64,000 bases of DNA from Eledone cirrhosa (taxonomy: Eukaryota): positions 112,654,001 to 112,718,000 of the forward strand of contig OZ024744.1 of NCBI GenBank assembly GCA_964016885.1, read 5' to 3'. Shown piece by piece: positions 23,790 to 37,647 of the stretch. The notes under the pieces were generated by a model. The model did not search any database. It had not been told where the DNA came from and saw nothing but the letters and a program-made list of their open reading frames with translations. Position numbers and translations under genes: made by a program. How positions within the stretch are numbered: the stretch's first letter is position 1; every line of letters starts with the position of its first letter.

Positions 23790-25323
23790 ATAAAGACGAA
23801 CATTTGGCCAAAGCGTGGAGGCTAATTAAATGGGAGAATTCCTGGGCAAACCTGACCATCCCGGACGAGGCAATAGCGGCCATGCAAAGGAGGACGGTGT
23901 GCTTTCGATGCATTTCGGTGCAGGCACGAAAAGTGGAACTTGCGAGCCAAGCAGAGGTCGAGGCTGCTTTGGAGTACATTGGAAGTAACATAGAGTACAA
24001 AGCAAGAGGCAAACAGTTCGGTACCATCTCAGTACTGTTCAAAACCGAGGCCCTCGCTATTAAGCACTCGGTGACCCCCTGCAGAACGGAACGCATTATC
24101 ATGCATCCGTCCTACATGGGCAAAAGGACAGTAAAGGTCCGCATTCCCAGCATCCCACCAGGAATTGACATATGGTGGCTGGTGGGATGCGTAATCGAGG
24201 AGGGGACAGACACTACCCTCCTGGATATCAAAAGGACAGAGAGAGAGGACTGGTCCGGAATGGATTTGGAGATTCTTCTCCAAATGAAACCGGAGGACAT
24301 GAATAACATCTCGGATTTTGCTCGCCTGCAGGACGCGACAACAATCCAACTAATCATTGACGGAAGAAGGCCACGCTGCTTCGTCTGCGGGGAAACAACG
24401 CATCTGCAAGCCTTTTGCCCTCAGCGCAAGAATGCAGGGGGTCGCAAACCTCCTTTGTTGCCAACCCCCGTGTCAGCACGGAAAGCTGCACCACCACCAC
24501 CACCAAAAACAACACCAAAACACGGACACCAACATCAAAAACAGCCGGATCACCACCAACACCAAAAGCAATCCAAGGGGAAAACGAGGAAAGCTCCCCC
24601 CCCCCAATTATACACATAGACAAAACAATAAACGCACACACAGACACAGAGACACTCACAGCCACAGACCCTTTGTCTTCCAGCAGCGAAGATGAAGGAA
24701 AACCCAAAAGTGCAAAAAAAAACAGAGAAAACTCACAAAAAAAAAAGCCCCAACAAAACATAAAAACATACACAACAAAAAATACAGACATCACTAACGC
24801 AAACACTTCCCCAATAACATCAGCACCAACAGCAACATCGACACCACCCCCACAATCCCCGAAACGCAAACAACCTAAACAAACACAAGTACAAATAAAC
24901 ACACAAATACCTGAAATTGCAGACACCACACCTACAACAAACACAGACATACCTGAAACAACACCACTAAAACCATCACCACCACAGTCACCAAAACGAA
25001 AACAAATAAAACCAGACCAACAAAATGTTAAAAACTTCGTGCTTATCAGAAGAGCCAACGATAAACTAATGGCACTCTTAGCACGAAGCGAGGACATTCA
25101 AACAGAGGGGAAGATTTTTGAAATGAGTTAATTTTGCGTGCCAGAAGATTTGCTTCTGGTCCGAATGTCACTCAATTCCTTCAAAGAAATTCGAGAGCTT
25201 TCCTCAAAACGTGGGAACCCCGAATGTGAAACCCACATCAAGACTTTTAAAGGGGTTCCCAAAAGAAACCCCACCAACCATAGAGGTCGAACCACCCGAC
25301 CTTCACAAGACCCCGGGAGGTAA
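23790..25323 (+). pseudogene. Tx1 family 2 ORF1, frameshifted
   Basis: ORFs 23774-24619, 24415-25131 and 25138-25323; homologous to family 1 ORF1. Confidence 0.8.
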
Positions 25324-25356
25324 GTAAACCTTCCCTCTCTCTCTTAGCTTACCAAT

Positions 25357-28300
25357 ATGGCCATATTAAGAGTAGGAAGTTTAAATGTTCGCGGCCTGGG
25401 GTCACCCTGGAAGCAGGGTCGCCTGCTCAACGACCTCAGGTCGCTGGAAATGGATGTGATTGCCGTCAGCGAGACCAGAATTTCCGACACGCGCGCGCTA
25501 GCCCCCATTTTCGACAACTATCAGATCTTCGCATCTGTTAACAGGCTGGGAATGGGGGGTGGGATGGCAGTGATGTTTAGGAAAGGAGTGGATCTCGAGG
25601 TAAGGTCGATCTTCCGGGACCCGGACGGTAAGTTGGTGGTCTTGGATGTGAGCAGTAGCGAAGGTGGTGCCTTTAGACTGCTGGCCGTCTACGCCCCTAC
25701 AGGGGCCGGACCACCAGACTTCTTTAGGCGCCTGGAGACCTTTCTGGGTACGCTTCTCCCTTTAATGTTAGCGGGGGACTGGAATGGCATCTTAGACGCA
25801 CGCTGGGATTGTGTGGGCGTAGCCGATAGGAGCGGGGAGTGCAAAATCCTCAAGCACCTACTCAGCCAGTTCCAACTGTCTGACAGGTATCGACTAGATT
25901 TCCCCAATGTGCCAGTATGGACATGAACCAACCGAATGGGGTCATCTAGATCGTATATCTTCATTAGGAAAATAGATAGAAATAGTGTGGGCTGCCCACC
26001 TTTTAAAACGGTCGCCTATTCAGATCACAAATTTCTGATCTGTACGGTCGACCTAGATAAAACGCGTAGGTTAGACCGGGTTACTGGAAGCTGAACATGT
26101 CATTTCCGGCACGTAAGGCTTACAGGGACCGAGTCAACAATTTAGTTAAGCAAAAGTTGACAGGGGGGATCATCAACAACAGATGGTGGGGGTCTCTCAA
26201 AAGAGAGATTAGAGTAACTTCGATAGAGTTCAGCAAAGAACTAGCGTTAGAGAAAAATAGAAAGGAGGGGGAGCTGGTAGATAAGTTAGACGAGGCTATT
26301 TATAGTGGCATTGCAACTGACGTGCTAGCGGCGAGAATGGCATTAGACCATTTCTTCAATGCCAAACACGAAGGTTGCATTGTCAGAGCTAAGGTGCGTG
26401 CGCTGAGAAACGAGGGAACCAAAGCTGTTCGATGGGCCCGCGTGGCGGAGGCGCAGCGTGGTAATAAACCCACAATTCGGTCTTTGGCGGACCGAGACGG
26501 ACACGACATAAGCGATTCCAAGCGGATGTGTGAGGCCTTTCGCCAGCACTTTGTTCGGTTGTTCCGGGAGAGTGGCGAGTCAGAGAGAGTAGCGGATTTC
26601 AGTCCCTACCTTGACGGCTTGCCGCGCATCTCGACGGTCGACGCTGAGCGCTGCGAAAGGCCGATTACTTCAGCCGAAATTCAGGACGCCCTTGTCGGCT
26701 GCATGAGGCGCAAGTCACCCGGTTTGGATGGGCTGCCCTACGAGCTTTACGAAAATATGCCAGACTTGTTCTCAGAACTCCTCGAAGCACTCTACTGCAA
26801 CTGGCAACAAAACGGGAGTATTCCCAGTTCTGTGAGCCGGGGCGTAGTGACGCTGATAAGGAAAGACGAGAACAAGAGGGATACATTAGACAACTTCAGG
26901 CCCATAACTCTGCTCAACACAGAGTTTAAGATTTTGGCCAAGGTGTTAGCAAAGAGATTGGCGCTTGTCGTCGAGGATTTGGTTGGGGAGGCGCAAACTT
27001 GCGCAATCCCAGCCAGGTCCATACACGACAATCTCCACCTCATGCGATACATCATAGAGAGGGTAGGGTGTAAACCTGGCTTCGGTGGGGCACTGATCAA
27101 TTTAGATCAATCGAAAGCATTCGATAGGGTCGACCATCGGTATCTGGAGTTTGTCCTCAAAGCAGCTGGCTTCGGCCATGTCTTTAGAAGCTGGATCGCT
27201 GCAATGCACAGCGGCACACGCTCGGTGGTCAAGGTTAATGGCCACCTCTCGCAACCACTTCGGCTCTCCCGATCGGTCCGTCAAGGGTGCCCTCTCTCTT
27301 CCCTTCTGTACGTATTGACTCTCGAGCCTTTACTGCGGAAGCTGGAGCTGTTGCAGGGCATCCCGCTCGAACCGGGACGTGGAAAGGCGGTGTCGGCTTA
27401 TGCGGACGACATCACCGTGATGGTGTCGAACACCTCAGAAATCGAGGTGGTCGGCACCTTATTGAAGTAATATGAAAGGTTGACAGGAGCCAAACTTAAC
27501 CCGGAAAAGTCGGTGGGCTTGCAGCTCGGAACCTGGAGAGGCAAGCCCATGCCGTCCAACAGCGTCGTGGGGCGCTGGACGGACGGACCGGTAAAGTTTC
27601 TCGGGGTTTGGTTCGGACCAGACCTCCAGGTGGAAAATAATTGGGACGAGGTAACGAGCAGAGTAGCCAGTCTCACTAAAAAAATGGGCTGGGAGGAAGC
27701 TATCACTGAAAGGTCGCGCGGAGGTGGCGAATGCGTACATCGCGTCCGTCATCTACTACTGCCTGACCGTCGTGCCTTGCCCCCGTCCGCGCCTCGTCAA
27801 ATTGGAACGGCTCCTCTTCAAATTCTTGTGGAGAGGACAAGTTCCGTTGGTGAGGCGGTCCATCTGCTGCCAGCACCCTCTACGCGGAGGGCTGGGCATG
27901 CCGTGGTTAATGATGCGCAAACATGCGTTGAGGCTGCGACATCTCCAGATATTCTGCCTCAACGGTGAACAGGTGTGGTCGCCGTTTATCAGACGGGCCT
28001 TTCCGCAGCTCATTTCTTTGACTGAGCTGCAGTCCTGGGTCAAGAAGAGACCGAGACTGGGTGACTGGCACCTGGAATGTTGCCAGGCTCTCACTGCGGG
28101 CAATGCGATCAGTGGAACTTCCACTCTCGAGTTCTATAGAGAATTAGTGGTGGGCAAGTGCGATGACGCACTCGGAGAAGCTTTGGGCCTCGACGAAGTC
28201 GAACTGACCAGTCTGTACCGGAGGACCTTTGAGCCGGGGACGATGGAGAATTTCCAGAAATCCCTCGCTTGGCAGTGCTACCGGGGGGGGGGGGGGGGCA

Positions 28301-28767
28301 TTGCCGGTTCGAGATAAACTCTACAGGCACGGAAGTGCTGTCAGACGGACCTGCCCAAGATTCGCACAGTACGACGAAACCGTTCTGCACTCACTTGTCC
28401 AATGTCCGTGCATTACTGACTTGTGGAGTTATGTCGAACAGCTACTGTCGCGTGTGGAACGAATCCGGCTATGGGCCGAGTCCATAGTGAAGATCGATCC
28501 ACCGCCTCCCTTAGGTCAGGAAGGGCAGGAAAATTTCCTCTGTCTGGTGGCAGTTGCAAAAGAGGTTGTATGGTGGACCAGGTTGAAAGGACTGAAGACA
28601 GACACTTTTCTCTTTGGCTAATCCCTCATCAATTTCTTCAAGTTTCACCTGGAAAGGAAGGTGAGGGTGGAGAGAGAATGCTGCCCCCCAGTACATTTGC
28701 TAAAAGGTGGGTGAATGTGGCGAGAATGGCTCGTGTGAATGGGCCTACTCTGACCATGCGCCTATAG
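25357..28767 (+). pseudogene. Tx1 family 2 ORF2, multiple stops and frameshifts
   Basis: ORF pieces 25357, 26097, 27480, 27724 and 28229 align collinearly with 16130-19492. Confidence 0.92.
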
Positions 28768-29048
28768 GCTGGCTAACTTGAGGAGAGGGGTGCTCTCGCT
28801 GGGTGCTCTAGAAGCGCAGGGTGGTTCAGGATTGGTGGGGTACCCGAGTCACCCCAGGTTCGTCCACCCCCTATCGGGGAATTTATTTTGTTATATTTAT
28901 GCATAGTTTATTTTATATTTTTATATTTTCATTGTTAAATTAGTCTTGCCATTGTGCACTTTTACTCGACCTTATTGTAAACCCCCACTGTCCCTGTCTT
29001 TGTATTGTCCCCTACATGTCGGCCCTGGTGGCTAATAAATGAAATCAT

Positions 29049-29165
29049 CGGTGAGTTCAAATCCCGCAGAGGTTTACTTTGCCTTTCATCCTTATGGGGT
29101 CGATAAAATAAAGTACCAGTAATGTACTGGGTAATTGCTGGCCTTGTGCCTAAAGTAGAAACAAT
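29049..29165 (+). mobile_element. 5'-truncated SINE between Tx1-2 and RTE copy 2
   Basis: gagttcaaatcccgc..gcctttcatcc..gtgcctaaagtagaaacaattatt. Confidence 0.85.
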
Positions 29166-29218
29166 TATTATTATTATTCTTGTTACTATTATTATTACTT
29201 TTTTTTTTTCCCATTTCA

Positions 29219-30987
29219 ATGATGTTCCAGAACAATATAAAAGAGATAATTGGCAATTTAGGTTCTGGAACAAAAAAGATAATTGGCAATAAGGGCAGGG
29301 GCCCCAGGTTATCACAGCCTGGGCCCGCTCGTCATCGTGCCATTGTAATAGAGCCAAACAAGGCATTTAGTCTTGGCTGCTGAAAACGTACGGACGCTGC
29401 TTGACAGGGATTCCTTGGGGCGTCCTGAACGAAGGACCGCTCTTGTTGCAAAGGAGCTTCGACGTTACGATCTTGACATCGTAGCTTTATCTGAGACGAG
29501 GTTAGCTGGAGATGGTCATCTTACAGAATTTTGTGGAGAATATACATTCTTCTGGAAAGGAAGAGATGAAGGAACCAAAAGAGAGGCTGGGGTAGGATTT
29601 GCTGTTAAGACTGTGATTGTGAACAAATTAGAAGAATTCCCAGTAGGGATTAGTGAGCGTCTTATGTCCATGAGAGTTCCGCTGGACAAGGAAAGATATG
29701 CTACCCTGGTGAGTGTGTATGCCCCAACTATGAATTCTGTCGATGAAGAAAAAGTGTCCTTTTACCATGCCTTGAAAGGTGTTTTAAGAAATATCCCTCA
29801 GGCAGACAAAGTCATCGTGCTTGGTGACTTTAATGCTAGAGTGGGTAGGGATTTTAACACATGGAATGTAATCGGAAGGCATGGGGTGGGAAAGTGTAAC
29901 AGCAATAGTATGCTCCTGCTGCAGATGTGTGAGGAGCTGGATCTGTGTGTTACCAACACCATGTTCCAACAAAAGAACAAATTCAAGACCACATGGATGC
30001 ATTCTGCATCTAAGGAATGGCATCTTTTGGACTACGTCCTAGTCAGGATGCGTGACAGACAGGATGTGCAGTGTGTTCGTGCTCTTCGTGGAGCTGAGTG
30101 CTGGACGGACCACCGCCTGGTACGCGCAAAAGTGAAACTAATCTCTAAACGTAAAATCCGGGCTCCTGGTGTTGCCCTGCCCAAAAGATTGAATGCTGCT
30201 CGTCTTAAGGATAAAAATGTGAAGAGGACATTGGAAGAAGAGATGCAGGCTGCAGATCTTGGTGAGAATTGGCCGACCCTTAAAAAGTCGGTTTATGATG
30301 TAGGCAGGCGTGTTCTGGGATTGGTGCAGAGAAAACATCAGGACTGGTTTAATGAGAATGATGTACATATAGAAGACTTGTTGGCTGATAAGAGGCGTGC
30401 TCTGTCACGCTACTTGACGGCAAAACCACAGGAGAGGAATACGTTGCATGAGGAACTCAAGGATGTAAGATCACGTGTTAGGCGGAGTCTTTCTCAGATG
30501 AAGGATCAGTGGTGGAGTGAGAAGGCTGGTGAGATACAAACAGCGTCAGATTCCAATAACACAAAGCTGTTGTACAGTCTCTTGCGCGAGGTTTATGGAC
30601 CGTCTTCTTCTCTGGTGACACCACTTCGCAGCAAGGATGGCAAAGGACTTCTTCGTGACTCACAAAGAATTCTACGAAGGTGGCGAGAGCACTTTGATGA
30701 TCTTTTGAATCAGCCGTCTGTCGTCAGTGAAGATTTCCTCAATCTCATTCCAGAATGTCCTGTGAAAGTAGCCCTCGCAGAACCTCCGACGGTTGTGGAG
30801 GTTGCAGTGGCTATCTCGAAGCTGAACAGTGGAAGATCTCCAGGTATGGATGGCATACATGCTGAGCTCCTACAATATGGTGGTAAGAGACTCCTGCAAC
30901 ATCTTCACTCTGTTTGGCAGGATATGGGCTAATGAATCCGTACCTGAGGACTGGAGAGATGCAGTAATGGTGGTCTTGTACAAGAGA
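29219..30987 (+). pseudogene. RTE copy 2 ORF (endonuclease to start of RT)
   Basis: ORF 29373-30932 nearly identical to copy 1, with different lesions. Confidence 0.92.
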
Positions 30988-30988
30988 A

Positions 30989-31021
<33 letters not shown>

Positions 31022-31041
31022 AATGTATATATATATGTATG

Positions 31042-31077
<36 letters not shown>

Positions 31078-31083
<6 letters not shown>

Positions 31084-31250
31084 ATTAAATAAATGGAAAC
31101 TATATTTATAAAACCATATTTATTTCATTATATATATTTCAGGGATATCATATTAAAAATATGTTATGCCTTCCTCAGACAAAATACAATATAAACAGTC
31201 TTATAAATAGATAGATTCGACATACCTTTCAACTTCGACTTCTATTTGAA
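31078..31250 (-). mobile_element. PLE family B pLTR without tail; HHR at 31121-31186
   Basis: Matches 11140-11310; reverse-strand core CTGAGGA..GAAA-tatata-TA. Confidence 0.75.
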
Positions 31251-31251
31251 A

Positions 31252-31410
31252 GGAATCCCCAAGAAGATAGTAGACCTGATATCACTGCTCTACACCAACA
31301 CCAAAGCCCAAGTCATTACACCTGATGGGTTGACAGAGTTCTTAGAGATACTGGCTGGAGTGCTCCAGGGAGATACATTGGCTCAGTACCTTTTTATCAT
31401 CGTAGTGGAC

Positions 31411-31413
<3 letters not shown>
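31252..31413 (+). repeat. Inverted duplicate of RTE segment 32417-32578
   Basis: Appears identical, including the junction into (TA)n. Confidence 0.85.
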
Positions 31414-31450
<37 letters not shown>

Positions 31451-31456
31451 GATGAG

Positions 31457-31504
<48 letters not shown>

Positions 31505-31655
31505 ATACTTTGGGAGGGTCATGTTGCCAATAAGAAACACACGCACCAGTTGCTTTCACTTCAATTTAATTTAATATATATTTATAAATTTACAAATTTA
31601 TAAATTTCTGGTTGGTTGGTTGGTTCCACAACCAGATAGTTGTTTATATATATAT

Positions 31656-31700
31656 AGTCATAGTTCTTTCGTCACACACTCTGTGACCTCTTCAGTGACT
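31656..31700 (-). ncRNA. Hammerhead ribozyme motif, PLE family A
   Basis: Reverse complement of 31833-31877. Confidence 0.8.
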
Positions 31701-31832
31701 GGGGATTTCTTTCTTCGTTTCTGTGCCTTTCCTTTCTTCTATCCTACGCCATTTTGTTTGTGTAGGATAGAAGAAAGGAAATGGCGTAGGATAGAAGAAA
31801 GGAAAGGCACAGAAACGAAGAAAGAAATCCCC

Positions 31833-31877
31833 AGTCACTGAAGAGGTCACAGAGTGTGTGACGAAAGAACTATGACT
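31833..31877 (+). ncRNA. Hammerhead ribozyme motif, PLE family A
   Basis: agtca-CTGAAGA-g-gtcac agagtgt gtgac-GAAA-gaac-TA-tgact. Confidence 0.82.
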
Positions 31878-32090
31878 ATATATATATAAACAACTATCTG
31901 GTTGTGGAACCAACCAACCAACCAGAAATTTATAAATTTGTAAATTTATAAATATATATTAAATTAAATTGAAGTGAAAGCAACTGGTGCGTGTGCTTCT
32001 TATTGGCAACATGACCCTCCCAAAGTATAACAATATCGGTTTCAACACACGATTTCAGATAAAGAATCTTGCTAAACAAATTCAGAAACG

Positions 32091-32163
<73 letters not shown>

Positions 32164-32179
32164 CTGCTTCGTAGAATCG

Positions 32180-32276
32180 AGACGTATCTGAGGACCTAGC
32201 GATTTCAGAGTCAGGTTCGATTAGTACATCGATCGTGCCTCGAGCTGGTCGCCAGAGAAACGATTGTAATATGTCT
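32180..32276 (+). ncRNA. Hammerhead ribozyme motif with long stem II
   Basis: agacgtat-CTGAGGA-[~60-nt hairpin, gcga/tcgc, tcgat/atcga]-GAAA-cgattg-TA-atatgtct; 8-bp stem I. Confidence 0.78.
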
Positions 32277-32322
32277 AATACATTTTATTCATCGCAACAC
32301 TGATTCTCCGTTTCTTATGTGA

Positions 32323-32416
<94 letters not shown>

Positions 32417-32419
<3 letters not shown>

Positions 32420-33725
32420 GTCCACTACGATGATAAAAAGGTACTGAGCCAATGTATCTCCCTGGAGCACTCCAGCCAGTATCTCTAAGAACTCTGTCAA
32501 CCCATCAGGTGTAATGACTTGGGCTTTGGTGTTGGTGTAGAGCAGTGATATCAGGTCTACTATCTTCTTGGGGATTCCATAAGCCTGTAAGATCTTCATC
32601 AGGCAGTGACGGTCCACAGAATCAAAGGCCTTCCTAAAGTCAATGATGACCATGACCGCAGGAAGGCACTTTGCTCTAGCTCCCTCTAATATCCTCTTCA
32701 GCATCAGGATGTGACTGGTGGTTGATCTTCCCTCTCTGAAGCCATTTTGGTTATCCCTGAGCTTATTCTCCATCTCAGGCTGGATCCTGCTAAGAATCAC
32801 CTGTTGAGGGTCTTTGCCACAAGTGACCTCAGTGAGATCCCCCCTGTAGTTGTTGGTGTTAGAGAGATCTCCTTTCTTTGGCACTGGAGAAACACCAGGA
32901 ATCTGGCTTTACTGTAGTACCGGCTCAGAGCAGGAGAGTTAAGGCGAAAAAGATATCGGATGCTGAATTTGCCAACGACATAGTTTTGGTGACAAATACA
33001 GTGAAGGAGGCAGAGGATTTGATGCAGGAGGTTGAGACTGTGTCGATGAGTGTGGGGCTGAGAATGAATGAGACTAAAACAAAATATCTGGTAGAAAATG
33101 TTGAGAAGCCAGAGGGGATCACTAATGTAGGCGGGAAGCCGCTGGAATTGGTTGAGGACTTCCTGTATTTGGGAGCAAAGATTGGGAATACGGAAGATGA
33201 TGTGGTTGAGAGGAAGAGCAAGGCCTGGGTGGTGTGCCACAGTTTGAGATCGGTGTGGAAGTCGGACCTTCGTAAAGACCTGAAAATCCGCCCCTTCATT
33301 GCTGTAGTGGAGTTTGTGCTGCTGTATGGGTCTGAGACTTGGATACTGACCAAAAAACTCACTCAGATGGTGGATGGGTGCTACACGAGAATGCTAAGGA
33401 AGGCTCTGAACATTAATCAGTATACACTGAGGATGAAAAACTCAGAGCTGTATGGGAGCCTCCCAAAAGTCAGCTCAAAGGTGACACAGAGGAGACTGAG
33501 GTTAGTTGGACATGCTCACCGACATCCAGAGTTGACATTGCACTCAGTGCTCCTGTGGGAGCCCCTACATGGACACACTGGAAGAGGAAGACCAAGGTTA
33601 ACGTATGTTGATGCCCTAAGGACAGACACTGGTCTGTTGGAGACGCAGGACATGGCAGCGATAATGAGGGACAGAGACCGCTGGAGAGAACTCGTCCATG
33701 GATCTCGGGAATTTTACCCGCCCTA

Positions 33726-33726
<1 letters not shown>
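32417..33726 (+). mobile_element. RTE-clade LINE 3' half with inverted 5' segment
   Basis: Minus ORF 32315-32884 (PKKGDL..QGDTLA..VVDY) and plus ORF 32878-33726 (..EFAND..LYGSETW..GRGRP) are consecutive parts of one RT. Confidence 0.88.
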
Positions 33727-33779
<53 letters not shown>

Positions 33780-33842
33780 GCGTGTTTATGTTGGTTGTGT
33801 GGCAGTCGTTAAAGAGTGAGGTATTAATGTCTAATTATGTAT

Positions 33843-33881
<39 letters not shown>

Positions 33882-33944
33882 CGCAGGAAAAAATCTCGCA
33901 TACATACACATGTATTTTAGGAATGTGTATCTATTTACATTGGT

Positions 33945-33978
<34 letters not shown>

Positions 33979-34025
33979 GGGGAGGGCCATATTGTTGTCA
34001 TATTGTTATATATATATGTATATAT

Positions 34026-35320
<1,295 letters not shown>

Positions 35321-35392
35321 GTACATACATACATATACACACACATATATACACACACATATATATATACACACATACATACATATAGACAA

Positions 35393-35437
<45 letters not shown>

Positions 35438-35699
35438 TAGATATACAAAATATTATACACAAACACACACATATATACACACAAATGCATACTTACATAT
35501 ACGTACACACAAGCATACACACACATTTTCATACATACTAGTACGCTTATACAAGTAGAAAAAGCAAGTAGGTAAAGAGTACTTACATAAGCTCAGTACT
35601 ATAAGGTGTACCGAAAGACGGTGTAGGTTGAAGGTAGAGGGTGGGGTGGGATGGAGAGGGAGGGGATATTATGTTGAGTGAGGTGTTTCTTTTTTAAAC

Positions 35700-36200
35700 T
35701 ATCGTTCTGGGGGTAGAACAGGTTTGTATGCAGTTCGGGTACTGTACAGAGAGTTTGTTCAGTGTCGGGCCCTTGGCAAAATAGTATTTCATAGCTCTCC
35801 GAAATACAAAGGTCGCAACACTTATCTCCTCCTGTGTATGAACGCGCTCACTGGAGTAATTTCCATTTAAGCGTGAAGTGGGTGGACTTCCTCTTGAGGT
35901 TCCAGACATAGGCGGCTGGTGTTGTTTGGTTGGATTTGTCGGGTCCTCTGAATGAGTGGGTATGGGCATACCACCGAGTCTTAAATTTGCTGGATGTCAT
36001 TCTGATATATGTTTTTGTTGTTGTCATCAATGTCTGAAACGACATCGCATTTTTATATGATGTCATTCATCAGGCATTTGTTTTTGAATGGACACGCTTC
36101 CTTATTGTGGCAGTTGCACAAGGTACCCGTCCAGGGGTGAGTTTCGGAGGTAGTAGACTTATTTAATTTAGCAGTGTTGCGTTTGTCTATAGATACTTAG
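35700..36200 (-). pseudogene. Degenerate PLE GIY-YIG endonuclease fragment
   Basis: Reverse translation CNCHNKEACPFKNKC..FKTRWYAHTHSF..YVWNLK..LKWKLL..CDLC. Confidence 0.75.
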
Positions 36201-36445
36201 CGTGAATTTACTTTTGCTTTTGTACCACTATGTATTTTTTTCTCTAAATATATTTTTTTTTAAAGAATCCCCATTCTTTAACTCCATCTACCAATGACCT
36301 CCACCCATCCCAATCACCACCCTCTCCTACCAGCAGAAAATGTATAAATACCACCATATCACATTGACAGTCGGCTTTCCTGGTGATTTCGTTCGAATGA
36401 AACAGTTCTAGTCCAGTAGAAGCCATTTCTATATCAAACACACAC

Positions 36446-36478
<33 letters not shown>

Positions 36479-36524
36479 CAGAAATATATGATGGTGAAAA
36501 CAAGACTCTTATCAACATATTTTA

Positions 36525-36636
36525 TTCCTTACACAATATTTCATCTGAAAGGGTGGCAGTAGTATTCTCGTGGAAGAAATTAAATAAGATGTATATACAT
36601 CCATAGAATTGCACCCTTTCAGAGACTTCAGAGGAA
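36525..36636 (-). ncRNA. Degenerate hammerhead motif with very long stem II
   Basis: Reverse strand ttcct-CTGAAGt-tctgaaagggtg..caccctttcaga-GAAA-tattgtg-TA-aggaa; core A9 mutated. Confidence 0.5.
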
Positions 36637-37182
36637 AGTGATTTCGTCTATAATAATATCACAACATGGATAAGTATAGGCCGTACAAAGTGCAAAATAA
36701 CGAACCACAGATCCGGAAACAATGCAGTCTTTAAAAGGTGAAAGAGAAAAATATGAAAACGTCCGTCGTCATTTTGAAAATAGTGTTCATTGACTGTTGT
36801 ATGCAAAGGGAGGTAATAAGACAAGGAAAGATAAATCAGACAAATATATGTGAGGGTAATTAGGTATTTTATGTTAGTAGGTGTAGACTCACTATCCCAC
36901 ACTCATACACGTATCCACATCTAAAAGGGAATATTAATACATATACACATTTATACAAGTTATCATTAATAGCTCTAATTAATTCTTATTTATGTGGGTC
37001 GTATTTCTTTATCAATACAGACTGTTATCTAGATGGCAGCATCCAATTTATAGAGTATTATAGGTTGTTACAGTAATATTCAAGTATCAGGAAGATAGAA
37101 TTATATTATGAGTGAACAGATCAACTAAAGAAACAAATGTGTCTGTGATATAAAATAAAACTTATATTTACACAGACATGCA

Positions 37183-37257
<75 letters not shown>

Positions 37258-37314
37258 CAGTACAGTATATGGAAGGAATATATTAGGTTAACGCTTGAAA
37301 TAGCAGGAAAAGGG

Positions 37315-37350
37315 TCTTAACGTTTCGGACGCTAGTCCTTCATCAGAAGA
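37315..37350 (-). ncRNA. Minimal hammerhead ribozyme motif (family E)
   Basis: Reverse strand tctt-CTGATGA-a-ggac tagc gtcc-GAAA-cg-TT-aaga. Confidence 0.8.
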
Positions 37351-37647
37351 AAGAATAAGAAATAAAATAGATTGAGGGGACGGGCGAGTTGGAATTGGAA
37401 AAAATGTCTTTAAATAAAAATAACAGGTCCATTCATGTTGACATCTCTTCCCAAACTGTTGATGCTGGCGTTTTATGTATGATTTATTTTTTTAGAAAAG
37501 TGGATGATGGATATTGCCGATATGTACATATGCATATGTATATCTGTGTGTGTGTATATATATATATAGATAAGTGTGTGTGCATATGTATTCTTACATT
37601 TATGTATCAGTTGTGCTAGGGTGAGAAATAAAATTCTAATATATGTA

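Larger units (their letters stand above)
23790..29048 (+). mobile_element. Tx1/L1-clade LINE family 2, 5'-truncated in ORF1
   Basis: ORF1 with CFVCGETTHLQAFC; disrupted ORF2; 3' aataaatgaaatc. Confidence 0.9.
23757..30987 (+). mobile_element. RTE (BovB-like) copy 2, truncated at both ends, with nested Tx1 and SINE in its leader
   Basis: Leader taattaatagtgtattattatt at ~23765 matches 13846-13880; coding 29219-30987 nearly identical to copy 1; ends abruptly before (TA)n. Confidence 0.75.
31500..32093. mobile_element. PLE family A pLTR-only palindrome
   Basis: Arms 31500-31754 / 31780-32033, tail 32034-32093 same as 8143-8200; (TA)n flanks. Confidence 0.88.
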
